This document shows, piece after piece, positions 9,150 through 18,255 of a DNA stretch of 64,000 nucleotides. The first letter of the stretch is position 1. Each line of letters opens with the position of its first letter. Origin of the DNA: a virus (lineage: Duplodnaviria > Caudoviricetes); IMG/VR virus record IMGVR_UViG_3300010234_000007, positions 8,330-72,329 of that record; one strand, given 5' to 3'. The notes under the pieces were generated by a model. The model searched no databases. It worked only from the letters and a program-made list of their open reading frames with translations, and had not been told where the DNA came from. A program made the translations under genes and the position numbers.

Positions 9150-9623
9150 ATGGATAACCCAAAGTCTAGCACGTTCACGGTTGGTTCGTCAAACGTTCTC
9201 GATGAGATCGTCGCCGCCAGACCAGTGCCCCCGCGGGAGGGCCCGGAGTGGTACGTGTTCATCTTCCGCACGCCGGGCAAGCAAACGTATGAGGATTGGC
9301 GCGGCATCCTCGCCCACAAATACGAGCTGGTGCAGTTCCTGAAAGATGAGGGGTTGCCACTTGTAGTGTGCAAGGCTGTCGGCAAGTCGCCTCATACATT
9401 CCGCAAGGAAGTCAGTCTGGGTGTCGCAGTCCCGCACTGGATACGCAGCGAGCTTGCTCTGCCTGAGGATTTGCACGGCGAGGGGAACTACGGTATGGAG
9501 ATCGCTGGCAAGGTGATCAAGTGTTACCCCGTAAGAAGTTCGAAAGAACGGGTGGAGTGCGACGGGTTCTACACCATCACAGGCCGTTGTGGCCGCTTGA
9601 AATTGGAGGCATTATGTTCGTAA
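9150..9623 (+). CDS. hypothetical protein
   Basis: 157-aa ORF with GGAGG upstream. Confidence 0.6.
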   Translation: MDNPKSSTFTVGSSNVLDEIVAARPVPPREGPEWYVFIFRTPGKQTYEDWRGILAHKYELVQFLKDEGLPLVVCKAVGKSPHTFRKEVSLGVAVPHWIRSELALPEDLHGEGNYGMEIAGKVIKCYPVRSSKERVECDGFYTITGRCGRLKLEALCS

Positions 9624-9820
9624 CGAACTACATACAAGGGCGGATGGTGAAGCATTTCACCACAGTCCGACGCTTGCCATGCACGGTTGAGTTCGATCTC
9701 AAGGGCCAGCGGGCCATCATCACACTCACTCAGAGAGAGGCTTATGTCTGGCACCAACGCGGCTACATCCAAGACGGCAAACTATCTGTGCCCGGCGTGC
9801 GGATGGACCGCATCACTTAA
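9614..9820 (+). CDS. small hypothetical protein
   Basis: GGAGG SD, MFVTNYIQGR. Confidence 0.55.
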   Translation: MFVTNYIQGRMVKHFTTVRRLPCTVEFDLKGQRAIITLTQREAYVWHQRGYIQDGKLSVPGVRMDRIT

Positions 9821-9938
9821 CGACGAAGAGCAAAAAACACGTGGCTCCGCTATGCTTTGTGGAGCGTGCGGGTCGCTCTATATCATATGGGAGAATTACG
9901 ATGAGTGGAAAACTGCACGCTCAGGAACGGCTGCTTGA
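9744..9938 (+). CDS. possible Zn-ribbon protein
   Basis: CPAC...CGAC; overlaps both neighbours. Confidence 0.35.
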   Translation: MSGTNAATSKTANYLCPACGWTASLNDEEQKTRGSAMLCGACGSLYIIWENYDEWKTARSGTAA

Positions 9939-10266
9939 ACGCTTCGGGCTCGATGTTAGCTTCAGCGAGCTGATGGATATCAAGGCGCTCTGCGTAACTG
10001 CCAACCGCATCAGTCGCCCAGAACCTGATATGAGTATCCATGTGGTGCAGTACCGCGAGCAGTTCCTGCCCATACTGATCCACGACGACGGGGAAAAGAC
10101 ACGGGTAGTCACATTCCTGAAGCCTGAATACCTCCTATCTTCGAACAAGAAAAACGTGCGTGCTGGGCATTTCCGACCGGGAAAGCAGAAGCGCACCAAG
10201 TCAAGCCACGCGCCACATTCCCGCCACGTTCGCAAAGGTCTCAATCGCCGTGAAATTAACGAATAA
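9901..10266 (+). CDS. hypothetical protein, possible BECR/RelE-like fold
   Basis: LHAQERLLERFG...RVVTFL motif; basic tail. Confidence 0.55.
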   Translation: MSGKLHAQERLLERFGLDVSFSELMDIKALCVTANRISRPEPDMSIHVVQYREQFLPILIHDDGEKTRVVTFLKPEYLLSSNKKNVRAGHFRPGKQKRTKSSHAPHSRHVRKGLNRREINE

Positions 10267-11137
10267 GCACAACATCCCGCAGCCGCTCGTTAATCTGGCG
10301 GAGAAGCGACACTACACCCGTGGCCGGTCTGATATCAGCGTAACGCAGATCATCGATGCGCCGCGTATAGCAGTGTTGCGTGAGCGCCACGAGGGTGAGG
10401 TCGTTGAGGATGTGGTGGACGGTTTATGGGCTCTGGTCGGGACGATGTTCCACAAGATCGCAGAGGAGGGCGCAGACGCCCAGCATCTGGCCGAGCAACG
10501 GCTATTTAAGCGGATTGAGGGGTGGTCCGTGTCTGGCGGTATCGATATTCAGATGCTGGCAGATGGCAAGGTGATGATCGCCGACTGGAAATTCACCTCT
10601 GCGTGGGCAGTCCAGAACTGGGAGAAGAATAAGTGGAAGGACCAGCTGGACACATACGCCTATCTCGTGAGGTCTGTGAAGGGTTGGGATGTCGTTGGTG
10701 CTGAGGTCTGGGCGTTTGTGCGAAACTGGTCACGCCACGACGCCGCGCGTGATCCTGATTACCCACAGGCGCAGGTGCACCGTGTTACGATCCCGTTACG
10801 AACGCCAGATGAGGCTGAGGCCTATGTACATGAACGTGTACGGGCGCATCAACTTGCTGACGCAACATACTCATTGGGGGAAGAGCTGCCAGAATGCAGC
10901 GACGAGGACCGGTGGGCTCGCGGCGGGCGTTGGTTTGCGAAGAAGCCAGCGAATAAGCGGCCTTCGTTCTGGGGTGCCGATAAGGCCGAGGTCGAGAAGA
11001 AAGTAGACGGGAGAGACGGGTATGTCATCGAGCAAGAACCCCACGAATACATTCGCTGCAAAGATAATTTTTGCGGCGTCGCCCAATTCTGCACCCAATG
11101 GCAGAAAAGCAATCCTAATGAAAAACCACCCGAGTGA
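10250..11137 (+). CDS. PD-(D/E)XK exonuclease (RecB/Cas4-like)
   Basis: GTG start; GTMFH, SGGIDIQ, IADWKFTS, QLDTY; Cys near C-terminus (C..C..C..FC). Confidence 0.8.
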   Translation: MKLTNKHNIPQPLVNLAEKRHYTRGRSDISVTQIIDAPRIAVLRERHEGEVVEDVVDGLWALVGTMFHKIAEEGADAQHLAEQRLFKRIEGWSVSGGIDIQMLADGKVMIADWKFTSAWAVQNWEKNKWKDQLDTYAYLVRSVKGWDVVGAEVWAFVRNWSRHDAARDPDYPQAQVHRVTIPLRTPDEAEAYVHERVRAHQLADATYSLGEELPECSDEDRWARGGRWFAKKPANKRPSFWGADKAEVEKKVDGRDGYVIEQEPHEYIRCKDNFCGVAQFCTQWQKSNPNEKPPE

Positions 11138-11372
11138 TACCTTCCCAGACGAGTATGTCGCCCTTTTGTTGTTCAAAGACCCTGAGTACCCTATAACGTT
11201 TCAGATGCCCTGCCTCAAAACAGGTGGCAGATTAAATGTAACCAATGTAATAGATGACGGGCAGACAGTAGAGTTGGTTCGTGGGTATATAGTTTTGCAA
11301 GACACGGAGGATGGTGATATGGTCATCAGAACTAATGTTCGCGGGATCACCGTTCCTCACCCACTGATGTAG
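11118..11372 (+). CDS. small hypothetical protein, possible outlying member of the G-x-L family
   Basis: PCLKTGGRLNV...VELVRG. Confidence 0.5.
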   Translation: MKNHPSDTFPDEYVALLLFKDPEYPITFQMPCLKTGGRLNVTNVIDDGQTVELVRGYIVLQDTEDGDMVIRTNVRGITVPHPLM

Positions 11373-11378
11373 GCATAT

Positions 11379-12125
11379 ATGAAAACCCTCCCTAAAGTAC
11401 TCAAGACTATCCGCGATGAGATCGGGCCACTCAGCAAGGATGACCGTAATGCCCACTTCAAGTTCAGCTATGTGCCCATCGATGATTTCTATGAGAAAGT
11501 CGCGAGCGTAGCGCTCAAACATGGGCTGGTGTGGCGTCTCTATGAGGCCGATGCGGTGAGTACCGCGGCCAACATGCTGGTCATCCCGTATCGCGTCGAT
11601 CTGTTCTGGGCAGATGATTGGCATGAATGGGACAGGATCACCATCATGCACCCGGCACAGGGCGCTCAGACGGCAGGTGCTGCAAGATCGTATGCAGAGA
11701 AAATCTTCATGCGCCACCTCTTCAAGATCGTCACAGGTGAAGCTGACAGCGATGGCACAGCAGGTATTGTGGCCGACAACACGCCTATCGTGATGGATCA
11801 GCCGACCAAGGGCCATGTCGGTGAGCCTGATGAGGCCCCGGTTGGCCAAATCCCCCCGGAAGCCGTCAAGCGCGTCGTTGATCGGATCGAGGGCAAGGTC
11901 TCGCCGATCTTCAAGAGGCGCGTCAGTGACGCAGACAAGGAGCTGGTGTACCAAGTGTTCCAGAAGTTCATGCCTCTGCAAAAGTCTGTGAAGGACCTCG
12001 CGGAGTGGCGTAAGATGAACGCCGACGTGATGGACTTGTTCCAAGAAGAAGACGCGGTGCTGTATGCCCGCATTACCAAGCTTTTCACGAAGCGTAAAGG
12101 AGAAGTGAAGAATGACACAGTATAA
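11379..12125 (+). CDS. erf: ERF-family ssDNA annealing protein
   Basis: NAHFKFSYVPID; AQTAGAARSYAEK..M..LF.I. Confidence 0.82.
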   Translation: MKTLPKVLKTIRDEIGPLSKDDRNAHFKFSYVPIDDFYEKVASVALKHGLVWRLYEADAVSTAANMLVIPYRVDLFWADDWHEWDRITIMHPAQGAQTAGAARSYAEKIFMRHLFKIVTGEADSDGTAGIVADNTPIVMDQPTKGHVGEPDEAPVGQIPPEAVKRVVDRIEGKVSPIFKRRVSDADKELVYQVFQKFMPLQKSVKDLAEWRKMNADVMDLFQEEDAVLYARITKLFTKRKGEVKNDTV

Positions 12126-12387
12126 TGATGACGATACCGGCGTTCTCTTTCAGAACCGCGAGAAGCAGGGGAAGCAGCCCGACTACACGGGCCGCATCCA
12201 GTTGTCCAAGGACCTACTGCGCGGTCTCGTCGCAGGGCTGAACGATGGCAATGATGCTATTGTGGAGGTTGCTGGGTGGAAAAAGCAAGGCCCCAAGGCC
12301 GGAGAGTTTCTGTCCCTAAGCGCCCAGCTTCCGCGCAAGAAGGAAGCCAAGCCTGAGGCGGATTTCGAGGATGAAATCCCTTTCTAG
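12112..12387 (+). CDS. ssDNA-binding protein (phage SSB-like)
   Basis: GVLFQN...QPDYTGRI; acidic C-terminus EDEIPF. Confidence 0.75.
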   Translation: MTQYNDDDTGVLFQNREKQGKQPDYTGRIQLSKDLLRGLVAGLNDGNDAIVEVAGWKKQGPKAGEFLSLSAQLPRKKEAKPEADFEDEIPF

Positions 12388-12395
12388 GAGGAACT

Positions 12396-13238
12396 ATGAA
12401 GACCGAACGCACTGTGGCCTATGTGCCATCACTCCACCCCATCGCCCGTTCCATGATCTGGGAGGGCCTGCCCTACACCACCAAGTCACGCAGGGTTTCT
12501 CGTTCCTTGCAGAAGGACTTCCATAAAATTCACCAGTACATCGCCGACAATGTTATCGCTGGGGGCAGCATCACTGGCGAAGAATTGCAGCAAGCCACGG
12601 GCGTCAGCCGCAATGCCATCATCCGGTCCCTCCGGGGGCTCCATGGCCTGCTTGGCGTCAAGATGCACGCCGACACCTCATTCGGGCCGTATACTTCTCG
12701 GTTCGCGCGACCCCCTTTCGGCGCGGCATGGCAGAAGAAAATCCGCCGCTTCTACGATGACTTCATCACGTATGGCGAAGATACCAGTAAGATGTATTAC
12801 GTCAGCGCGAAGATACCGACGGGTATCAACCTGTATCAGCGCTGGTCGGCAGACGGCTGGGGCGTCGATAAGCTGCCAGCGGCAACAGAGCCTGAACTAG
12901 TATTCGAGCTGAAGCCCAATCCCGCCGACGCCAAACCCCTCAATGAGCTGCTCGAAGAAAGCATCCCCAACATGCTGGCGGACATGAAGAGCCACGGCAT
13001 CGAGCTGAGCGTGGAAGACGGCGATCTGCTGGTCAGCTATAGCTCAGAGCTTTGGTGGGACCAGTATCGTGAATGGACCACCAAGAACAAGGCGAAGCTG
13101 CTTGATCATTTCGCCCGGCCAGTCACCAAGCTGAAACAGCGTCACGTCGTGCCTTCCGCCCCGGAAGCCGACCTGTACCCGGTCGTCATCCCGGCGTCCG
13201 CCAAGGACACCGGCATTGTCATCCGGTTCGAGGAGTAA
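12396..13238 (+). CDS. hypothetical protein, possible N-terminal HTH
   Basis: AGGAGG SD; ITGEELQQATGVSRNAIIRSL. Confidence 0.65.
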   Translation: MKTERTVAYVPSLHPIARSMIWEGLPYTTKSRRVSRSLQKDFHKIHQYIADNVIAGGSITGEELQQATGVSRNAIIRSLRGLHGLLGVKMHADTSFGPYTSRFARPPFGAAWQKKIRRFYDDFITYGEDTSKMYYVSAKIPTGINLYQRWSADGWGVDKLPAATEPELVFELKPNPADAKPLNELLEESIPNMLADMKSHGIELSVEDGDLLVSYSSELWWDQYREWTTKNKAKLLDHFARPVTKLKQRHVVPSAPEADLYPVVIPASAKDTGIVIRFEE

Positions 13239-13491
13239 CGAGAAGCGTCTACGGTGGGTGCGTGAGCAGCCGTGTTTGGTATGCGGGACCTCTCCGTCCC
13301 AAGCTCACCACCTACTAAAGCCGCCAGATCAGAGCAGGGGGATGGGCATGAAGGCGCGAGATCGCTGGACTGTCCCCCTCTGCGCTGATCATCACCATGC
13401 GCTTCATATGCATGGTAACGAACATCAGTACTTCGCGCTGGAAGGCGTTGATCATTTAGATTGGATGGCAGAACATGATGACGGAGAATGA
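13216..13491 (+). CDS. DUF968/Ref-like His-Cys HNH-type protein
   Basis: LRWVREQPCLVCG...AHHL...GMGMK..D..TVPLCADHH..LH. Confidence 0.8.
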   Translation: MSSGSRSNEKRLRWVREQPCLVCGTSPSQAHHLLKPPDQSRGMGMKARDRWTVPLCADHHHALHMHGNEHQYFALEGVDHLDWMAEHDDGE

Positions 13492-13729
13492 ATTTGAGAA
13501 GTGGATCATCGACAAGACCCAGCGCCGGATTGTGTACTTCACAGGCGTGCTAGCGTCTGCCAGAGACCGGTGCAAGCCTGATATGTCGCAATCCCCGCAG
13601 ACCGTTGCGCTAAACCACATAGCCAACACGCTTTATGAGATGGCCCAACAAGGGCAGGTGGTGCTCGCACAGAAACGACTGAAGGCAAACCGCTATGAAT
13701 ATATCGCGTGGAAAACCGAGGCATTTTAA
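13475..13729 (+). CDS. hypothetical protein
   Basis: 84-aa ORF coupled to the upstream gene. Confidence 0.55.
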   Translation: MMTENEFEKWIIDKTQRRIVYFTGVLASARDRCKPDMSQSPQTVALNHIANTLYEMAQQGQVVLAQKRLKANRYEYIAWKTEAF

Positions 13730-13935
13730 CCAAATCAGCTTGGAGGTTTTATGGCCCGATGTGTACCCCAGCAGGTCTGCAGCGGTAGGAGCGATGCTTA
13801 AGTTCCACGAGGGTGATACAGCCGCTGGTCTTGGGTTCCTTGTTTTGACCAGCGACGGGCATTTCCGGGTCGGCGCTAATCGTCAGATAGTGGCCGAAAA
13901 AAACGGCAGGAGACCGCTTTGGTGGCGGAGGTAGT

Positions 13936-14391
13936 ATGAAGACAACGACTAACCCAGATGACATCCGCGAGCGCACCGGCATCCAGTTGGAGTTGTCAAA
14001 GAACGCCGTGAACCAATCCAAGAGCGGCGGCATGACGATCAAGTTCGAGGTTGATCCTGCCGAGGTGCCGAGTGATCTACTCGCCGCCCCGCTTAACACG
14101 CGGTACATGGCTGTCTTGGTGGAGATCGCCGAGCATGGAGAGATGGTTGTCCCGCGTAGTGTGGAAGAGGGTGAGCTTGCGGTGAAGCGAGCTGTGATGC
14201 TCTGCACGGACGAGGAGTTTCAGTCGTTTATGAATTGCGACACCCCGGAAGATGCTGCTATCGGCCTGCGTAAACTTCTGAACATCTCCTCACGGGCAGA
14301 CCTGAAGGACGATGAGCGTGCGCAGAAAAAGTTCGACGAGCTACGTAACGACTTTCTGGCGTGGCGCAAAGGAGGTAAGCCCGTATGGTGA
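13936..14391 (+). CDS. conserved hypothetical phage protein
   Basis: GGAGGT SD; IKFEVDP...RYMAVLVEI. Confidence 0.7.
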   Translation: MKTTTNPDDIRERTGIQLELSKNAVNQSKSGGMTIKFEVDPAEVPSDLLAAPLNTRYMAVLVEIAEHGEMVVPRSVEEGELAVKRAVMLCTDEEFQSFMNCDTPEDAAIGLRKLLNISSRADLKDDERAQKKFDELRNDFLAWRKGGKPVW

Positions 14392-14642
14392 AGAAAACGG
14401 TAACGTCCGCTATACCAGTGGAGTTGTGGGAGAAGATGCAGAAGAGTGGTGAGAGCATCTCAGCCTGCATCGCCTCTGCGTGCGCTGAGAAGTTTGATGC
14501 GGCGAACCACCGCAGTGCATCGGTCGAGGACATATGCGAGTTTCTTGAGGCAACATACACCAACGTCGTGGATCGCCAGACCCTTGGCAGTCGTATCGCT
14601 CTGAGGATCAGGGCTGAATTTGGAGAAAAGACAGATGGCTAA
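14385..14642 (+). CDS. small protein, possible ribbon-helix-helix
   Basis: KKTVTSAIPVELWEKM...SISACI; AGGAGGT SD. Confidence 0.55.
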   Translation: MVKKTVTSAIPVELWEKMQKSGESISACIASACAEKFDAANHRSASVEDICEFLEATYTNVVDRQTLGSRIALRIRAEFGEKTDG

Positions 14643-15189
14643 AAAACGCATGAACCGCAGCATCCGCGAGGACCTGAAGGTGCTTGCCCGCAACTTGGTA
14701 ACCTGCCCGGATGAGGGGAAAGCCGAGGACGCGGCGTACAAGAAGGCAGTGCGGGGCATCCGCCCAGCCGTGGAGAAAAGATGGCCCGCAAAAGAAATGG
14801 CCATCCTGAAGAAGCATGAGTGTGGCAGAGAATACGCTCATGTTCCAATCGCCAGTGCCGACGGGGGTATTTCTGAATTTATTTTCAAACCGGATGAAGA
14901 GATATACAGGCCCGGTGGATACAGCCGCAAGATGTTGCCTGTCACAAATGCAGTCTATGAAGCGGTGGAGGACTGGCGGAAAGCGGTGAGCGCGCATGAA
15001 AAAGCGCTGACGAAGAAGCTCGATGATTACACCGCGCTGATCTTCTCAGTGAAGTACTTCGAGGACATCGTGGAGATTTGGCCTGAAGCCATGCGGTGTT
15101 CCCCCAGCGCCATCCAGCTGCCGGTCGTGTCAGATGATGTGGTGAACCGCGTTAAGGCCGATGTTGCCTTGCGGAGTAAGGGGTCATGA
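14635..15189 (+). CDS. Nmad5-like protein (nucleotide-modification-associated domain 5)
   Basis: RMNRSIREDL N-terminus and KYFEDIVEIWPEA...LP C-terminus match the recalled Nmad5 pattern. Confidence 0.6.
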   Translation: MAKKRMNRSIREDLKVLARNLVTCPDEGKAEDAAYKKAVRGIRPAVEKRWPAKEMAILKKHECGREYAHVPIASADGGISEFIFKPDEEIYRPGGYSRKMLPVTNAVYEAVEDWRKAVSAHEKALTKKLDDYTALIFSVKYFEDIVEIWPEAMRCSPSAIQLPVVSDDVVNRVKADVALRSKGS

Positions 15190-15896
15190 CTGACCCCGAC
15201 GACCTGTTGCGCGAAGCGGACGAACAGGCTGCGATGTATGGCGAAGAGCAGGACATCGCACCAGCGAAAACGCTTTATGGTTTACTAGCCGTCCGTATCC
15301 GCGCTGACGGTGCCGAATTAGCCGCCTATTACAGACAGGTAGATAGGATGGTCGCCCGCATCCGCGAGTTGGAGACGGCTGCAATAGACAGCCAGACTGA
15401 CACCACATGGCGCAGTCAAGTGCTTGCCGCGGAGAATGCTGCCGGAGAAGCCGAGGCACGCGCTGCGGTGCTTGTTGCTGCCGCCGAGGCCAAGGCTGCG
15501 GCGCTGGAAAGCCAGTTAGCAGTCATAGAAGAAGACGGCACCAAAGAGCATAACGCAGCGATCAAGTTACGGACTGAGGTTGCGGCGCTGCGAGAGGCGT
15601 TGGAAATTCTGCTCGAAACCTGTGCGTGCCAAAACGGCTGTGACCCGGACGACATGACGTGCGCAACCAATTTCGCACGCGCCGCCCGCGCCGCAACGGA
15701 GCAGGAAGCCGAGGGGTTGAAACCACAGGTCCGCGATTACGACAACACGCCAAGCGCGGCGCAGGTTATGAAAGACCATTTCTTCCCGGAAGCCAAGACG
15801 CCGTGCCCGGATTGTGGGGATACGGGGTATAACCTTGGCGACCCTGTGAGTGGCCCCTGCCCCAACGGCTGTAAAGGCAGAGGGGAGGCGTCATGA
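15186..15896 (+). CDS. Ead/Ea22-like coiled-coil protein with Cys clusters
   Basis: RIRELE coiled coil; CACQNGC..C; CPDC...CPNGC. Confidence 0.6.
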   Translation: MTDPDDLLREADEQAAMYGEEQDIAPAKTLYGLLAVRIRADGAELAAYYRQVDRMVARIRELETAAIDSQTDTTWRSQVLAAENAAGEAEARAAVLVAAAEAKAAALESQLAVIEEDGTKEHNAAIKLRTEVAALREALEILLETCACQNGCDPDDMTCATNFARAARAATEQEAEGLKPQVRDYDNTPSAAQVMKDHFFPEAKTPCPDCGDTGYNLGDPVSGPCPNGCKGRGEAS

Positions 15897-16177
15897 CCGA
15901 TGAGATGGACGCGCTGGCGGTGGAATTGGCAGAAGAGGCGGTTCTGCACGATCTGCCCACGGCTTATGAGTTTCTGGCGGCGTTATTCCGTCTTGGCTAC
16001 ACCATCGCGCCGCCCGGTAGCGTGGTGGTGCCGAGGGAGCCGACAGAGGCGATGCTGAATGCAGCACGCGACTGGTCGCTTGAGAAGTATGGCGTGGGTG
16101 TCGGGAATGATGGCGCTACTGGCTGCTACCGCGCCATGATCGCAGCGGCGGAGAAGGGGAAGGACGATGGCGCGTAA
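15893..16177 (+). CDS. hypothetical phage protein
   Basis: VVVPREPTEAMLNAA...YRAMIAAA motif common in phage accessory genes. Confidence 0.7.
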   Translation: MTDEMDALAVELAEEAVLHDLPTAYEFLAALFRLGYTIAPPGSVVVPREPTEAMLNAARDWSLEKYGVGVGNDGATGCYRAMIAAAEKGKDDGA

Positions 16178-16661
16178 CCCACCACCTATCAGACCGAGGC
16201 CGGTCTTACGCAGCGCATTGCGCCGTAAGGCTGAAGAGCGACGCGCCCGGCGCGAGCGCGGCACAATGCCCCTCGCCAAGCTCCATGAACACAAGCATGC
16301 TACGGACAAGTACTACGTCACCGTGCGTCTCCGCGGTGAGAAGCACGACACATATCTAACTGACTACGCATCTCTTGATATCGCCGAGCGAGTGGAGATG
16401 AGCTGGAATTTGCACCGTCACCAGAGCGTCCGCGTTCTGGAGGCATTACTTGAAGGAGAGGAAGATGAGTACACTGCCCAAGGAAGTTCTGGAAGTCCCA
16501 CAACCCGTGGACAAGACACCCCTGCTGACCTACGCGACGCAGCTGGTCTACAAGCAGGAGATTCGGCACCTGCAGAAATGCCTGACGAAGAAGAAGAGGA
16601 GCAATCGCTTGTTGCGGGCCGAGAACGAGATGCTGCGGAAAGAGCTTGGCGAGAAGATTGA
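16167..16661 (+). CDS. hypothetical protein
   Basis: GGGGAAGGA SD; C-terminal half overlaps the next ORF. Confidence 0.5.
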   Translation: MARNPPPIRPRPVLRSALRRKAEERRARRERGTMPLAKLHEHKHATDKYYVTVRLRGEKHDTYLTDYASLDIAERVEMSWNLHRHQSVRVLEALLEGEEDEYTAQGSSGSPTTRGQDTPADLRDAAGLQAGDSAPAEMPDEEEEEQSLVAGRERDAAERAWRED

Positions 16662-16755
16662 TCAGGTCCGCTCCATGCGTGGTAAGAAGGCTGAAGCCCG
16701 GACAATCCCGATCCGTTCGCTGTCTCAGCCGGTGAAGCTGCAGGCGCGCATCTGA
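16465..16755 (+). CDS. basic coiled-coil protein
   Basis: GGAGAGG SD, MSTLPKEV; stop overlaps the start at 16755. Confidence 0.55.
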   Translation: MSTLPKEVLEVPQPVDKTPLLTYATQLVYKQEIRHLQKCLTKKKRSNRLLRAENEMLRKELGEKIDQVRSMRGKKAEARTIPIRSLSQPVKLQARI

Positions 16756-17000
16756 TGTGCCAGAAGCTTATCATTGATGGTCAAGAGTGCGATACCCTTG
16801 GCGATCTCTGCGCTGTCGTGGGGGAGACTTGCGTCTTCCCCATCGGCATGTTTCCCATCAGCCGCCTACGTGATGACACGTCCTGCCTGTGCCCGGTGAA
16901 CCTTGAGGTGACCGTAGCGTTGGCGGGCTTGAGTGTAGTGCATATCGGCACCACAGATCATGACATCGTTGTGACGGCGACTAAGCAGCCGGTGAATTGA
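16755..17000 (+). CDS. hypothetical Cys-rich protein
   Basis: Coupled by TGATG. Confidence 0.55.
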   Translation: MCQKLIIDGQECDTLGDLCAVVGETCVFPIGMFPISRLRDDTSCLCPVNLEVTVALAGLSVVHIGTTDHDIVVTATKQPVN

Positions 17001-17269
17001 CCGCGATGAAAATCGCGCCAGAAATATTCGTTACCAGCACAGTGGATAGTGAGGAAGGCACTGACGCTGTGTTTCTGGGTGCGTTTGTCCCTAGAGATGA
17101 TGAGGATGAGTTTAATCGATTTTGGGAGGGGTCGGTTTTTTTGGTACGCATGGAGCGTGCCGGGATCGGCGTTGCAGGAGATTTCTGCCGTGATTTGCCT
17201 GATGATTTCAGGCTGATACGAGGCGCTAGCATTCCTTCTTATGCAGAACGTTATTACGGGCGATCCTGA
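16997..17269 (+). CDS. hypothetical protein, possible outlying member of the G-x-L family
   Basis: VFLVRMERAGIGV...DDFRLIRG. Confidence 0.5.
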   Translation: MTAMKIAPEIFVTSTVDSEEGTDAVFLGAFVPRDDEDEFNRFWEGSVFLVRMERAGIGVAGDFCRDLPDDFRLIRGASIPSYAERYYGRS

Positions 17270-17432
17270 TTAATGTCGTTTTCTTCAGGACACGATGCTT
17301 CTTCAGCCCGGACTTCTCCTCTTTGTCGAAGCATATTTCCATATACTCACGAGACAGGCCTTCTGGACTACCATCCCCGGCGCATGCCGCGAGGCTAAAG
17401 ATGCTTATCAATGATATCATCATAGCTTTCAT
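17226..17432 (-). CDS. outer-membrane lipoprotein spanin (o-spanin, Rz1-like)
   Basis: MKAMMISLISIFSLAAC lipobox; SD GAAGGAG; start overlaps the 3' end of the i-spanin. Confidence 0.7.
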   Translation of the reverse strand: MKAMMISLISIFSLAACAGDGSPEGLSREYMEICFDKEEKSGLKKHRVLKKTTLIRIARNNVLHKKEC

Positions 17433-17613
17433 CACGAAGCTCCTTCTCTTTTGCGTCAGCGGCATCGCGTCTACGCGCGACTTCTTCTTGGTTTCGCTTG
17501 CGGATTGCGTTTTTACCCGCGCTCATACCACGTAGGTAGATCGTGGCGACAAACGCCATGGCGGCGAGGATGCCGCCTACGATCCAAGCGAGTTTCGATT
17601 TCAAGAACAACAT
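17395..17613 (-). CDS. inner-membrane spanin (i-spanin, Rz-like)
   Basis: N-terminal TM helix followed by a charged helix; AAGGA SD. Confidence 0.7.
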   Translation of the reverse strand: MLFLKSKLAWIVGGILAAMAFVATIYLRGMSAGKNAIRKRNQEEVARRRDAADAKEKELRDESYDDIIDKHL

Positions 17614-17635
17614 GAGCAGTCCTTAGGAGGGTGAG

Positions 17636-17869
17636 ATGAGTGATGTAAATCACATAGCATTATATTACGACGAAACCCACATGACCCTCGATATAATACG
17701 GCTGGCTGGTATCGCTAATGATCGTTTGCTTTACAATGATTGTTTGCTTTACATAGACAACGATGGGACCTTAGTGTGGATGAAAGGGGATACGACTGGT
17801 ATGTCCCCCAACACCGCGCTGGCGTTTAGGAGGAACTGGTCATATGGAAAAGACTGTGAAGAAAACTGA
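17636..17869 (+). CDS. G-x-L family small protein
   Basis: AGGAGGG SD; CLLYIDNDGTLVW...LAFRR. Confidence 0.7.
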   Translation: MSDVNHIALYYDETHMTLDIIRLAGIANDRLLYNDCLLYIDNDGTLVWMKGDTTGMSPNTALAFRRNWSYGKDCEEN

Positions 17870-18068
17870 GGTCAAGATATCGCTGGAAAAATATGGTGAG
17901 GATGAGGTTAATGTGTATTTCGATTTTACAGGGTCAACCTTTGCCACCGCGACACTGATTTGTGACCTTTCCCCCCGTCCAGATGGGCCGACACGTTTAT
18001 GGTGTTACCATAACCGCCTCCCACCCAACGTAACGTTAAGGATGCATCATGCTGTTCGTCTTCCTTGA
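17844..18068 (+). CDS. small protein, probable diverged G-x-L family member
   Basis: AGGAGG SD; ICDLSPRPDGPTRL...VTLRM. Confidence 0.6.
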   Translation: MEKTVKKTEVKISLEKYGEDEVNVYFDFTGSTFATATLICDLSPRPDGPTRLWCYHNRLPPNVTLRMHHAVRLP

Positions 18069-18255
18069 GAACTTCGGAGGCGGTGATGTCCGTGTAACGG
18101 CGACGCCGAGAGAGAATGGGTTCACCCCCGGAGCGATGACGCCAATAGTGTCTTTCCGTTACAATGGCCGGGTGATTAAGACTGGTCCGTGGGGGTTCGA
18201 CACGGATTTAATCTGGGACCGTGTAGAAACGGCGAAACCGGCGATCCCCTTCTAG
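18049..18255 (+). CDS. G-x-L family small protein
   Basis: IVSFRYNGRVI...DLIWDR. Confidence 0.6.
   Translation: MLFVFLENFGGGDVRVTATPRENGFTPGAMTPIVSFRYNGRVIKTGPWGFDTDLIWDRVETAKPAIPF

Noticed and set aside
10180-10189. GGAAAGCAGA identical to RNA loop 1
   Set aside because: Same sense as its mRNA, so not an antisense target; no surrounding stem
13695-13934. 79-aa ORF
   Set aside because: The best SD (GGAGG) leads to a 16-codon ORF in another frame; coding status unresolved
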